Shown here: positions 9,966 through 18,666 of the stretch, piece by piece
Layout: each line of letters starts with the position of its first letter
Numbering within the stretch: position 1 is the stretch's first letter
Assembly (NCBI RefSeq): GCF_003231495.1
Contig: NZ_PQWO01000003.1
Span: 399,294-431,293, forward strand
Direction of reading: 5' to 3'
From: Acaryochloris thomasi RCC1774
Lineage (GTDB): Bacteria; Cyanobacteriota; Cyanobacteriia; Thermosynechococcales; Thermosynechococcaceae
DNA length: 32,000 bases
Notes under the pieces: generated by a model
Seen by the model: the letters and a program-made list of their open reading frames with translations, nothing else
Told to the model about the DNA's origin: nothing
The model's database searches: none
Program-made: the position numbers and the translations under genes

Positions 9966-10149
9966 GTTTGCGAATTGTTAGCGTCTTAAGCTGTTTCTAA
10001 TCGTATTCTCGTACACTGAGTCTTCAGAATACAGAGCAGCTCCCAAACAGGTAGGGGGAAGCTGAGCAGAATGACGGGCCCCGTGGTCAGCGACGGCTCG
10101 GGGTGTACTCTAGTTTTGTACAAATAGATCACAGGATTTGACGAACGCG

Positions 10150-11130
10150 ATGATTGAGGTTGAGCACCTAAGCAAAATCTATGGCTCAACAACGGCAATC
10201 AAAGATGTCACCTTTAGGGCTGAGCCGGGTGAGATTTTAGGACTTTTGGGCCCCAATGGCGCAGGAAAGACCACGACGATGCGAATCCTAGCAGGTTACC
10301 TACCGGCCACCAACGGTGAAGCCCGCATTGCAGGATATGAAGTCCATGACAAACCGATGGCTGTACGTCAGCGGATCGGATATCTACCGGAAACACCGCC
10401 GCTGTACCTAGATATGACGGTGGCAGGTTACCTCTATTTTGTCTCGCGGATTAAGGGTGTGCCTGCAGGCGATCGCAACTCCCAAGTAGACTGGGCCCTG
10501 GATCGATGCCAGCTTCTCAAAAAGCGGCACGTCCTCATCCATAAGCTGTCAAAGGGCTTTCGACAGCGCGTAGGCATTGCGCAAGCTATTGTTCACGATC
10601 CACCCGCCATTATCTTAGATGAGCCAACCGTGGGCTTAGATCCACGTCAGATAATCTCTGTGCGAAATCTCATCAAAACCTTGGCGGAGAACAAGACGGT
10701 GCTACTTTCGACCCACATTTTGCCCGAGGTCAGCATGACCTGTAACCGAGTCGCCATTATTAATCAGGGCGAAGTCGTCGCCGTGGGTTCCCTGGAAGAC
10801 TTAATGGCTCAGCGTATCGGGGGTACAGCCTATGACCTTGATGTGCAAGGCGCTCGCACTGACATTGAAGGCCAACTAAACTCAATCGGAGGGATCAAAT
10901 CCGTGAAGTGGTTATCCGATGAGACAGAAACGCGACAGCAGGTTCGGGTGACCTCTGGATTAGGAATAGAGCCAGGGCCGCAGATTGCCTCAGCGCTGGC
11001 AGAGAAAGATCTGCCACTTTTTGAGATGCGTCGAGTCGCAAAAAGTTTAGAAGATGTATTTTTAAACCTCACCACGGAAGAACAAAAGCCAACCGATGAC
11101 GTGGATCCGATGGAGGAGGAGCTTACATGA
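10150..11130 (+). CDS. ABC transporter ATP-binding protein (GldA-like, ABC-2 type)
   Basis: Walker A GPNGAGKTT, signature LSKGFRQRV and Walker B IILDEPTVGLD are all present. The ATG at 10150 (MIEVEHLSKIYG) is preferred over the TTG at 10138. Confidence 0.92.
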   Translation: MIEVEHLSKIYGSTTAIKDVTFRAEPGEILGLLGPNGAGKTTTMRILAGYLPATNGEARIAGYEVHDKPMAVRQRIGYLPETPPLYLDMTVAGYLYFVSRIKGVPAGDRNSQVDWALDRCQLLKKRHVLIHKLSKGFRQRVGIAQAIVHDPPAIILDEPTVGLDPRQIISVRNLIKTLAENKTVLLSTHILPEVSMTCNRVAIINQGEVVAVGSLEDLMAQRIGGTAYDLDVQGARTDIEGQLNSIGGIKSVKWLSDETETRQQVRVTSGLGIEPGPQIASALAEKDLPLFEMRRVAKSLEDVFLNLTTEEQKPTDDVDPMEEELT

Positions 11131-11930
11131 ACCTCATCGTTAACAATGTGCTAGCTATCTATCGCAAAGAACTGCGGGGATACTTCAAGGCGCCCCTGGC
11201 GTTTGTGATTGCCAGTGTGTTCTGGCTGCTGGCAGGGCTCTTCTTCTTATTCATTCTACAGAGCGTGATTGAAGAAGCCTCTCAATTTGATGTCTTGCAA
11301 AGTCAGCTCAGTGAGTCGGGTACCGCCATTGACGTTCCCAGCGCGATTTTGCAGCTTTTTCTCGGGATCATGGGGTCGCTAGCCCTGGTCATTCTGCCCA
11401 TTTTATCGATGGGACTTTACGCCGAGGAGCGCAAACGCGGCACGCTGGAGCTACTGGCAACATCGCCGATTACCAACTGGGCTGTGGCCTTAGGAAAGCT
11501 AATGGCGGTGCTCACATTCTTCATTACGCTAGTGGTTCCGATCATTACACTAGAGGCATTGACCTTCAGCAGTGCTAATCCGCCGATGCCGCTGGAAATT
11601 TTGCTAGTTAGCCACCTAGGGCTAGTGCTGTTAGCCGCGTCAATTTTGGCGTTGGGACTGTTCATCTCTTCGTTGACAGATAGCGTGATCCTGGCAGCGA
11701 TTTTGACCTTTGCCGTCATTCTGCTTCTGTGGATTTTGGATTTGCTGGGAGAGCGTCTCGGGGGTCCATTGGGGGGCATCTTGAATCACTTATCGCTGCT
11801 GAAGCACTACTCCACCCTGAGCCAAGGGGTTTTAGATAGCAGCAGTGTTGTTCTATTTTTGAGCTATGTGGTTTTGGGACTATTTCTAACGGCTCAATCC
11901 ATTGATTTGTTCCGGTTTCAACGCTCCTGA
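11127..11930 (+). CDS. ABC-2 family transporter permease (GldF-like)
   Basis: 267 aa with about 6 hydrophobic helices. Its ATG overlaps the upstream stop (ATGA at 11127-11130), indicating translational coupling with the ATPase. Confidence 0.85.
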   Translation: MNLIVNNVLAIYRKELRGYFKAPLAFVIASVFWLLAGLFFLFILQSVIEEASQFDVLQSQLSESGTAIDVPSAILQLFLGIMGSLALVILPILSMGLYAEERKRGTLELLATSPITNWAVALGKLMAVLTFFITLVVPIITLEALTFSSANPPMPLEILLVSHLGLVLLAASILALGLFISSLTDSVILAAILTFAVILLLWILDLLGERLGGPLGGILNHLSLLKHYSTLSQGVLDSSSVVLFLSYVVLGLFLTAQSIDLFRFQRS

Positions 11931-11951
11931 TCTCTTTACCTCTGCTTCAAC

Positions 11952-13868
11952 GTGAAACGTTTTTTACCCCACTTCAAAGGTTCCTCTAAACTGATTATGC
12001 TCCTACTGTGGTTGGGGGTGTTGTTGGGGGTTGCGGGTGTCTGTGCGGGACTGATTGCAAGCTGGAGTGCGCTCCCGGTAGGGCTGGTCATCGGGGGATG
12101 TGTACTGCTGGGACTTGGCATTCTGCTCCAGTGGCAGTACTCGCCGCCACCGGATAGCTGGTGGCGAAGGAGATCGATCCAGGCAGGCACAAATTCGGTG
12201 ATTGCAGCAGCGGCGGTAATCGTTATTTTGGGGCTAATTAATTTTCTAGCCGTGCGCTATCCCGCCCAAGTTGACTTGACTGAGGCACGGTTATTTTCAC
12301 TGGCTCCCCAGTCAAAGCAGGTGGTGCGATCGCTACAGCAGCCGCTGAAGGTTCTGATTTTCGATAAGGTGACGGACCCCCAGAATAGAACGCTACTGGA
12401 GCAATATCAGCGTCTTAGCCCTCAGTTTGAGTTTGAGTTTGTCGATCCGCAGGCGCAGCCAGGATTAGCACAAAAGTATCAGGTGCAGACAGCAGGGGCG
12501 GTAGTTTTAGATGCAGGTGCCCGCACGAAAACCCTCGACACCGCACTGACAGAGGTGAATTTGACGGCTGCGATCGCAAATATTGTCAGCGATCGGCAAA
12601 CCCAAGTTTTTGTCATTCAGGGTCACGGAGAGCGACCCATCGCGGGCACGCAGGCCAGCCTTTCAGAAGCTGTAGAAGCCCTCCGCAGACAGGGCTTCAA
12701 AACAGAACTTCTGAACATAGTGGAGCGGCAACAGATCCCTGAAGAAACGGACGTTCTGATTATTGCCGGACCGAAGCGAGCCTTTCTCCCGGCAGAGATC
12801 AAGCTCCTGAACGGATATCTGCAGCAGGGCGGGAAAGCATTACTATTGCTCGACCCTGAAACAGAGCATGGTCTAGAACCAGTTCTTAAGCAGTGGGGGA
12901 TTACGCTGGACCGTCGGCTGGTAGTCGATGCCTCTGGCTCGGGTCAGTTGCTCGGCTTAGGGCCAGCCGTCCCTGTAGTCCTTGACTATGGCCCCCATCC
13001 CATCACCGAAGACTTTGCCCAGGGCATCTCCTTTTTTCCCCTTGCCCAGGCACTCAACGTGGAGCAGGCACCCAATCAGCAGGTGACCGAGTTATTGCGT
13101 ACTGGAGGGAGTAGTTGGGCCGAGTCTGAACCCGATAGCGAACAGCTTCAATTTGATGAGCAGAAAGATCGTCAGGGTCCCTTAGTGATCGGGGTTGCGA
13201 TTCAGGAGCTGGAGCCAGAGTCCTCAGCAACTCAGGCACCCCAAAAGTCAGACAAAGCCCCAGCCCCTAATCAGCCCACAGATCCGCAGTCCCAGTCTGC
13301 GAGTCCATCACCCAGTCCCTCGCCAACTACGAATGGCACAGGTAACGCACAAAGTTCTGCTTCGCCGCCCGTGTCTCCGAGTCCTTCAGCTTCACCCTCT
13401 GCATCGCCCAGTCCACAATCGAGTCCGCAAGCTCAGGCTCCTAGCCCTGAGGCGAGTCCCCAATCCCCGACAGCGCCTAAGACACCTAATGAAAATGCGG
13501 AGCAGACAGCAGCGTCTCAATCCTCTGCCTCATCGCCGAGTCCAAAGCCATCGCCGAATTCAAAACCCGCAGACTTTGCCGTTAAACCGACGCCGAAGCC
13601 ACTCGCTCGGCTCGTGGTCATTGGCGACTCTGATTTCGCATCCTCTGGACCGTTCGGGCAAGTGCTAAACGGAGATTTATTCCTGAATGCAGTGACTTGG
13701 CTTGGGAGTGATGAAACGAATCCGTCCCTTTCGATTCGACCGAAGGAGGTCACCAACCGTCGGCTACAAATTACACCTCAGCGGCAGCGACTATTAACGA
13801 TTCTAGGGGCGCTTCTGCCGGTGAGTGCTCTGGGGATTGCGGTCACGCTTTGGTGGCAGCGTCGGTAG
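11952..13868 (+). CDS. GldG-like ABC-transporter auxiliary protein with a long Ser/Pro-rich insert
   Basis: TM helices occur at the N-terminus and the extreme C-terminus (LLTILGALLPVSALGIAVTLWW). GldG-like blocks are present: VFVIQGHGE, DVLIIAGPK, LVVIGDSDFAS, NGDLFLNAVTWL. About 130 aa of low complexity (SPSPSPSP...) map to roughly 13205-13600. The GTG start is uncertain. Confidence 0.8.
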   Translation: MKRFLPHFKGSSKLIMLLLWLGVLLGVAGVCAGLIASWSALPVGLVIGGCVLLGLGILLQWQYSPPPDSWWRRRSIQAGTNSVIAAAAVIVILGLINFLAVRYPAQVDLTEARLFSLAPQSKQVVRSLQQPLKVLIFDKVTDPQNRTLLEQYQRLSPQFEFEFVDPQAQPGLAQKYQVQTAGAVVLDAGARTKTLDTALTEVNLTAAIANIVSDRQTQVFVIQGHGERPIAGTQASLSEAVEALRRQGFKTELLNIVERQQIPEETDVLIIAGPKRAFLPAEIKLLNGYLQQGGKALLLLDPETEHGLEPVLKQWGITLDRRLVVDASGSGQLLGLGPAVPVVLDYGPHPITEDFAQGISFFPLAQALNVEQAPNQQVTELLRTGGSSWAESEPDSEQLQFDEQKDRQGPLVIGVAIQELEPESSATQAPQKSDKAPAPNQPTDPQSQSASPSPSPSPTTNGTGNAQSSASPPVSPSPSASPSASPSPQSSPQAQAPSPEASPQSPTAPKTPNENAEQTAASQSSASSPSPKPSPNSKPADFAVKPTPKPLARLVVIGDSDFASSGPFGQVLNGDLFLNAVTWLGSDETNPSLSIRPKEVTNRRLQITPQRQRLLTILGALLPVSALGIAVTLWWQRR

Positions 13869-13901
13869 GGTATTGACGAAGCAACCGATGAGTAGAGAAC
13901 C

Positions 13902-14468
13902 ATGAAATCTAATACTTTGATCTTGGTCATCACTGCGGCGATCTTTGCCGGAGGCGTCTTCATTTGGGACCGTCAGCAGAGCTCGCAGCCACAGACCGAA
14001 GCCGAAGAGACTGGTACGGCGATTTTTACATTTAGTGAAGACGAAGTGCAGCGTCTAACCATCACCACTCCAGTACAAACCCTGACGTTCAAGAAGGTGA
14101 CGGGTTCTAGCACTTGGGCGATGGAAGCGCCAGAGGCGGGTCCTGCTGATGAAGCCGCTCTACTATTTTTGATCAATCTACTAGCGACAGCTCAAAGCCA
14201 GCGAACGCTGGATATTTCACCGGCCCAGCAACAGGACTTTGGTCTGGATCAGCCCACCACAGTTGAGGTTTTCCTCAGTAATCAACAGACCCATACGCTG
14301 ATCCTGGGCGGCAAAGATTACGAAGGGGGTGCCGTTTATGCTCGGGTTGATCCAGTTAAAACCGAGACACAGTCTTGGGCCGTTGAATTAGTGCCAACGT
14401 CCTTTCTGGATGCTGTCTCTCGGCCAGTCGCTGAATGGAAGGCCCAGCCCCAATCCAACGATAGCTGA
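13902..14468 (+). CDS. DUF4340-like protein, the usual partner of GldG-type clusters
   Basis: It has an N-terminal signal anchor (LILVITAAIFAGGVFIW). WAMEAPEAGPADEAALLFLINLL and DFGLDQPTTVEV match the pattern I associate with DUF4340. It sits directly downstream of the GldG-like gene. At 188 aa it is shorter than I would expect. Confidence 0.6.
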   Translation: MKSNTLILVITAAIFAGGVFIWDRQQSSQPQTEAEETGTAIFTFSEDEVQRLTITTPVQTLTFKKVTGSSTWAMEAPEAGPADEAALLFLINLLATAQSQRTLDISPAQQQDFGLDQPTTVEVFLSNQQTHTLILGGKDYEGGAVYARVDPVKTETQSWAVELVPTSFLDAVSRPVAEWKAQPQSNDS

Positions 14469-14482
14469 GTGAATCTCTGAAT

Positions 14483-15337
14483 ATGTCTGCTTCTACTGCA
14501 CAGTTGCTAATTTCTTGCCCGGACCAGCAGGGACTGGTGGCAAAAATCTCAAATTTCATCTACGCCAATGGCGGCAATATTATCCACGCCGATCACCATA
14601 CGGATTTTGCGGTGGATCGGTTCTTGACCCGCATCGAGTGGCAGCTAGATGGCTTTAAGCTGCCGCGAGAGCTGATTGGCCCTGCGTTTCAAGCCATCGC
14701 CGAGCCTCTGGAGGCCACATGGGAGCTCAGCTTTTCTGATGCGGTGCCTCGAATTGCGATTTGGGTGAGCCGCCAAGATCACTGTCTCTACGATCTGATC
14801 CTGCGCCAGCGAGCCAAAGAGCTGCAGGCAGAGATTCCGTTGATTATCAGTAATCACGAGAAGTTGGATGCGATCTCAACTCAATTCAACATCGACTATC
14901 ACCACATCCCGATCGCAGCCGCAACGAAGGAGGAACAGGAAGCCAAACAATTAGACCTACTGCAGCAGTATCAAATCGACGTGGTGGTGCTGGCAAAATA
15001 CATGCAGATTCTCAGTGCTGACTTCATCGCCAAGTTCCCTCAGATTATTAATATTCATCATTCTTTCCTGCCCGCCTTTGCCGGAGCCAACCCCTACCAG
15101 CGTGCCTACGAACGGGGTGTCAAAATCATTGGAGCCACCGCTCACTACGCCACTGCTGACCTCGACCAGGGGCCAATCATTGAACAGGATGTGGTCCGCG
15201 TCAGCCACCGCGATGAGACCAAAGATCTGATCCGCAAGGGGAAAGATTTAGAACGGGTTGTGCTCGCCAGAGCCGTCCGGCTTCATCTGCAAAATCGAGT
15301 CCTGGTTTACGGCAACCGCACAGTGGTCTTTGGCTAG
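14483..15337 (+). CDS. purU: Formyltetrahydrofolate deformylase
   Basis: An N-terminal ACT-like segment (LLISCPDQQGLVAKISNFI) is followed by the formyltransferase core: NIHHSFLPAFAGANPYQRAYERGVKIIGATAHYATADLDQGPIIEQDV. Confidence 0.93.
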   Translation: MSASTAQLLISCPDQQGLVAKISNFIYANGGNIIHADHHTDFAVDRFLTRIEWQLDGFKLPRELIGPAFQAIAEPLEATWELSFSDAVPRIAIWVSRQDHCLYDLILRQRAKELQAEIPLIISNHEKLDAISTQFNIDYHHIPIAAATKEEQEAKQLDLLQQYQIDVVVLAKYMQILSADFIAKFPQIINIHHSFLPAFAGANPYQRAYERGVKIIGATAHYATADLDQGPIIEQDVVRVSHRDETKDLIRKGKDLERVVLARAVRLHLQNRVLVYGNRTVVFG

Positions 15338-15468
15338 CGTTCTACAGCAAAGTAGCGACTAAGATTCCTATGGATTTGTCTGTTGAGAGCCTCACTGAGA
15401 AATAGCGTCAGTGAGCTCAAATAGCGAACTTTTGGGGACCGGTTCAATCTGCCCCTGGTAGGTGGCGA

Positions 15469-15720
15469 TCAGTCCCTGCTGTAGCCTTTCTGAAGGATGA
15501 AAAAGAAACACGCGGCTAAGGCATTCTCTATGTAGGTTTGGCGCTGATGCCCTCCCACCCGAGCAGAGGTAAGAACTTCGTCATGCCAGTAAATTTTTCG
15601 ATCTAGGTGATAGAGCCGGAAGAAGACGCCTAGAATCAGCAGCAGTATGATCACCACGAGGAGCTTAGATTGTAAAAGCTGCCATTTTAGAGAAGTGGGG
15701 TTCGTGGCGGATGGAGGCAT
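15469..15720 (-). pseudogene. Possible 5' remnant of a membrane glycosyltransferase (GT39/ArnT-like) gene, or a spurious small ORF
   Basis: The 83-aa ORF has one TM helix and the motif FFRLYHLDRKIYWHDEVLTS. This recalls the N-termini of large cyanobacterial GT39-type proteins (from memory). The remaining ~400+ aa expected for such a protein are absent, because purU ends at 15337. Confidence 0.3.
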
Positions 15721-16613
15721 TGATGGGATCGGCTAAAGTCAGGGCTGGCAAGATAGTAGCAGGCCAAACAATGGTCTCGATTGCCTATCCGTCTATGAAG
15801 CAAACGTTAGCCGATTTGTTCATAGATGCAGCAATTTCTCTCCCGGCTTCTCTGCAATCTATCCCCCTACAGGCTGAGGCAAGAGCCGGCACCTTCGTCT
15901 CTGCAGTGGCGCTTCAGCTTGCGAGTCAGCAGTCGGCGGCAGAGGTTGCCCAGGCGCTCCTGGCGGCGGTGCCCGTCACGCAGGGGCTGAAGCTGTGGGT
16001 AAAAGCACCGGCCTGGATTTATGGGCAGTTTTCGGCAGATGCGATCGCAACCCATCTCCAGCAGCTCACGGCCTTCCCCCCCCGCCTACCCTTGCCAAGT
16101 CCAGCCGCGCTGGACGCTAGCTTTAGCGATCCTCTTTTGTTCCCAGTCCAGTACGCCCATGCTCGCTGTTGCTCGCTGCTGTGTCTGGCCCAGCGCGAAG
16201 GATTGATTGATCTGCGGGCTGGCGAGCAAAGATTTCCAACGATCTCTACTCCGATTTCTTGGTGTACAGCACAGGACCAACTTCGACTGCAGCATCCTGC
16301 AGAACAGACCTTAATTCGATCCCTGCTTGACTTTCCGGGTGCTCTCCAAACACCCAAACAGGTCTGGCGAAGCGATCAATGGCCTGGGGTACCCCTCCCC
16401 TGGCCCCTCGTTCATCAACGCCTCGTTCGCTACACCCAGCAGTGGGGCGAGGACTTTCTACATTTTTATCGAGACTGTCGCATCTTCGGAGAGGTGAGCC
16501 AGCAAAATCGAGCCTTGAGTCAGGCTCGACTGGGTTTAATCGCCACGACTCAGCGCGTGCTGGCCTTTCTGCTCCAAGATTTGCTGCATCTGATGGCCCC
16601 CGAAGAGCTGTAG
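15711..16613 (+). CDS. DALR anticodon-binding-domain protein (stand-alone ArgRS C-terminal-like paralogue)
   Basis: LFPVQYAHARCCSLLCLAQREGLI matches the ArgRS DALR-domain motif (YAHAR.CS.LR). The 3' half is helical. The start is uncertain: the ATG at 15711 overlaps the divergent ORF, and the in-frame ATGs at 15771 or 15795 are more plausible. Confidence 0.7.
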   Translation: MEALMGSAKVRAGKIVAGQTMVSIAYPSMKQTLADLFIDAAISLPASLQSIPLQAEARAGTFVSAVALQLASQQSAAEVAQALLAAVPVTQGLKLWVKAPAWIYGQFSADAIATHLQQLTAFPPRLPLPSPAALDASFSDPLLFPVQYAHARCCSLLCLAQREGLIDLRAGEQRFPTISTPISWCTAQDQLRLQHPAEQTLIRSLLDFPGALQTPKQVWRSDQWPGVPLPWPLVHQRLVRYTQQWGEDFLHFYRDCRIFGEVSQQNRALSQARLGLIATTQRVLAFLLQDLLHLMAPEEL

Positions 16614-16659
16614 CGTTTCCATTCCCAGCCTCTCTCGCCATGCGTGACCACAGCAAACC

Positions 16660-16689
16660 TTGACAAGGGGGTATACGTTCCTGAATAAT
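16660..16689 (+). promoter_or_regulatory. Candidate sigma70-type promoter
   Basis: A perfect -35 TTGACA lies at 16660-16665. An 18-nt spacer separates it from the -10 AATAAT at 16684-16689 (5/6 match to TATAAT). Confidence 0.4.
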
Positions 16690-16716
16690 CACGATTGTGT
16701 GAGGAGCGAACATAAC

Positions 16717-16763
16717 AAAAAAGGCATCGAGACGAAACACGGCCAGTCGTCGGTGCCTTTTTT
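16717..16763 (+). terminator. Intrinsic, potentially bidirectional terminator hairpin
   Basis: The structure is AAAAAA-GGCATCGA(GA)CG-loop-CGTCGGTGCC-TTTTTT. The stem pairs 16723-16734 with 16748-16757 (8 bp including one G:U, a 2-nt bulge, then 2 bp). A T6 run follows at 16758-16763. Confidence 0.6.
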
Positions 16764-16908
16764 GATGCCTAAATTTAGAGCAAAAGAGAGAGGGACAAAA
16801 GCCATTTCCTGACTAAGACTCCCTCTGGGTCGAGGTTCAGCGTCTTAGTCCGTCGCTCGATTGCAACTGGTGCCCCTAGCCGCTGATCATCAAGATATTA
16901 AGTGCAGC

Positions 16909-18468
16909 ATGGATACAGTTCCCATTATTCGCACCATAGCGGGTCTGCAAAGCTTTCTGCAGATGATGGAGGCCACACCTAAGCCAGCGACGCCTGTGCT
17001 AAGCAAATTGGGACTAGTGCCCACGATGGGGGCGCTGCATGCAGGGCACCTCAGCCTGATTGAGCGAGCCCGCCACGAGAACCGCTGGGTGATTGTCAGC
17101 ATTTTCGTCAATCCACTGCAGTTTGCGCCCACTGAAGATTTAGATCGCTATCCCAGACCCCTAGAGCAGGATCAGCAACGGTGTCAGGCAGCGGGAGTGG
17201 ACGCGATCTTTGCCCCTACCTCCAGCGAGATACTCGGTGACGGTGACGAGGGGCTGACGGCGGTGGTGCCTCCCGCTCACCTTGACGATGGGCTGTGTGG
17301 TCCGTTCAGGCCCGGACACTTTCAGGGCGTGGCGACCATTGTTCTGAAACTTTTGAATCTCGTGCGGCCCGATCGCGCCTACTTCGGCCAAAAGGATGCC
17401 CAGCAATTAGTCATTATCCAGCGCCTTGTGCAGGATTTGAATGTGCCGGTGGAGATTGTGCCCTGTCCGACTGTGCGGGAAGCCAGCGGTTTAGCGTTGA
17501 GTTCTCGCAATCAATATCTCGACGCCCGAGCAGATGCAGCAATCATCTACCAGGGTCTGCAGGCAGCTCAGCAGCGTTTTGAATCGGGCGTGAGAGAGCG
17601 TGAGGCTTTGCTTAATACCGTTCGTCATCGGCTGGCCCCAGTGCCGGAAGTTGAGATTGAGTATGTTGATCTAGTGGATCCGGTGACGCTGGAGCCACTC
17701 TCTGAGGTTAAGGATGTGGGGAGAGTTGCGATCGCAACCAAATTCAGCAACACACGCCTGATCGACAACATTTTGCTAGACGCTCGCCCCCCCATCCTCG
17801 CCATCGATGGTCCAGCAGGCGCAGGTAAATCCACCGTCACTCGTCTCTGCGCCCAACAGTTAGGGCTGAAATATCTAGATACCGGTGCCATGTATCGAGC
17901 CATCACCTGGCTCGTTTTACAATCTCAAATTAAGCTTGACGATCAGCTCGCCATTGCCGATCTCGTCAGCCAAAGTGACATTAAACTGCAGCTAGACGCC
18001 AATCCAGATCACCCTCCCCGCGTATGGGTGCAACAGCAAGACGTCACGGACACAATTCGCTCCCCAGAGGTAACCCAATCCGTCTCTGCCATTGCCGCCC
18101 AAAGCGCCGTCCGTCAGGCCCTCGTTCGCCAGCAGCGTATCCTCGGTCAATCCGGTGGTCTCGCCGCGGAAGGCCGAGACATCGGGACGCAGGTTTTCCC
18201 AGCAGCAGGTCTGAAAATATTCTTAACAGCCTCTAGCCTAGAGCGCGCTCGGCGACGACATAAAGATCTAGAGCAGCAGGGCGCAGCCCCCATTAGCCTC
18301 GAGCAGCTCGAACAGCAAATTGCCCAACGAGACCAAAAAGATAGTCAACGGTCACTCTCTCCCCTCTGCAAAGCCTATGACGCCATTGAGATCGACACCG
18401 ATGGACTCAGCATTGCCGTCGTCACAGATCAAATCGTTCAGCATTACCGGAACCGTTTCGGCATTTAA
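16909..18468 (+). CDS. panC/cmk: Bifunctional pantoate-beta-alanine ligase / cytidylate kinase
   Basis: The PanC half has PTMGALHAGHLSLI, FVNPLQF and GHFQGVATIVLKL. The Cmk half has IAIDGPAGAGKSTV (P-loop), YLDTGAMYRA and GRDIGTQVFP. The fusion is typical of cyanobacteria. The ATG at 16909 is preferred over the TTG at 16861. Confidence 0.93.
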   Translation: MDTVPIIRTIAGLQSFLQMMEATPKPATPVLSKLGLVPTMGALHAGHLSLIERARHENRWVIVSIFVNPLQFAPTEDLDRYPRPLEQDQQRCQAAGVDAIFAPTSSEILGDGDEGLTAVVPPAHLDDGLCGPFRPGHFQGVATIVLKLLNLVRPDRAYFGQKDAQQLVIIQRLVQDLNVPVEIVPCPTVREASGLALSSRNQYLDARADAAIIYQGLQAAQQRFESGVREREALLNTVRHRLAPVPEVEIEYVDLVDPVTLEPLSEVKDVGRVAIATKFSNTRLIDNILLDARPPILAIDGPAGAGKSTVTRLCAQQLGLKYLDTGAMYRAITWLVLQSQIKLDDQLAIADLVSQSDIKLQLDANPDHPPRVWVQQQDVTDTIRSPEVTQSVSAIAAQSAVRQALVRQQRILGQSGGLAAEGRDIGTQVFPAAGLKIFLTASSLERARRRHKDLEQQGAAPISLEQLEQQIAQRDQKDSQRSLSPLCKAYDAIEIDTDGLSIAVVTDQIVQHYRNRFGI

Positions 18469-18666
18469 ACCATCAAGTTAAATAGAAGGATATTTTGACC
18501 CTTCTCACACCTCCACGATCCCCTCAGCGTGAGCTGCAAGATTTTTGATGCATATGCTAGAGTGGGCGTACTTTTGGAGTCAAAATGGGTACGATTAGCT
18601 TAGTCGTATCTTAGTCGCAACCGAAGCGCGACATCAGCGCATCTCAACAACAACCCGGGTAAGTCT

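Noticed and set aside
10104-10122. TGTAC-N9-GTACA inverted repeat upstream of the ABC ATPase, considered as an NtcA site
   Set aside because: The NtcA consensus is GTA-N8-TAC. Here the GTA and TAC are 11 nt apart, so it does not fit. It is too short to assign otherwise.
13195-13668. 157-aa Arg/Pro-rich ORF in an alternative plus-strand frame
   Set aside because: It lies entirely inside the GldG-like gene's Ser/Pro repeat tract. Low-complexity repeats keep several frames open. The GldG frame is continuous with conserved blocks on both sides.
16019-16740. Minus-strand ORFs 16019..16357, 16086..16295 and 16246..16740, and plus-strand ORFs 16021..16206 and 16379..16663
   Set aside because: They overlap the DALR-domain gene in antisense or alternative frames. 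Their sequences are Arg/Pro/Ser-rich, typical of off-frame GC-rich DNA. No motifs were found.
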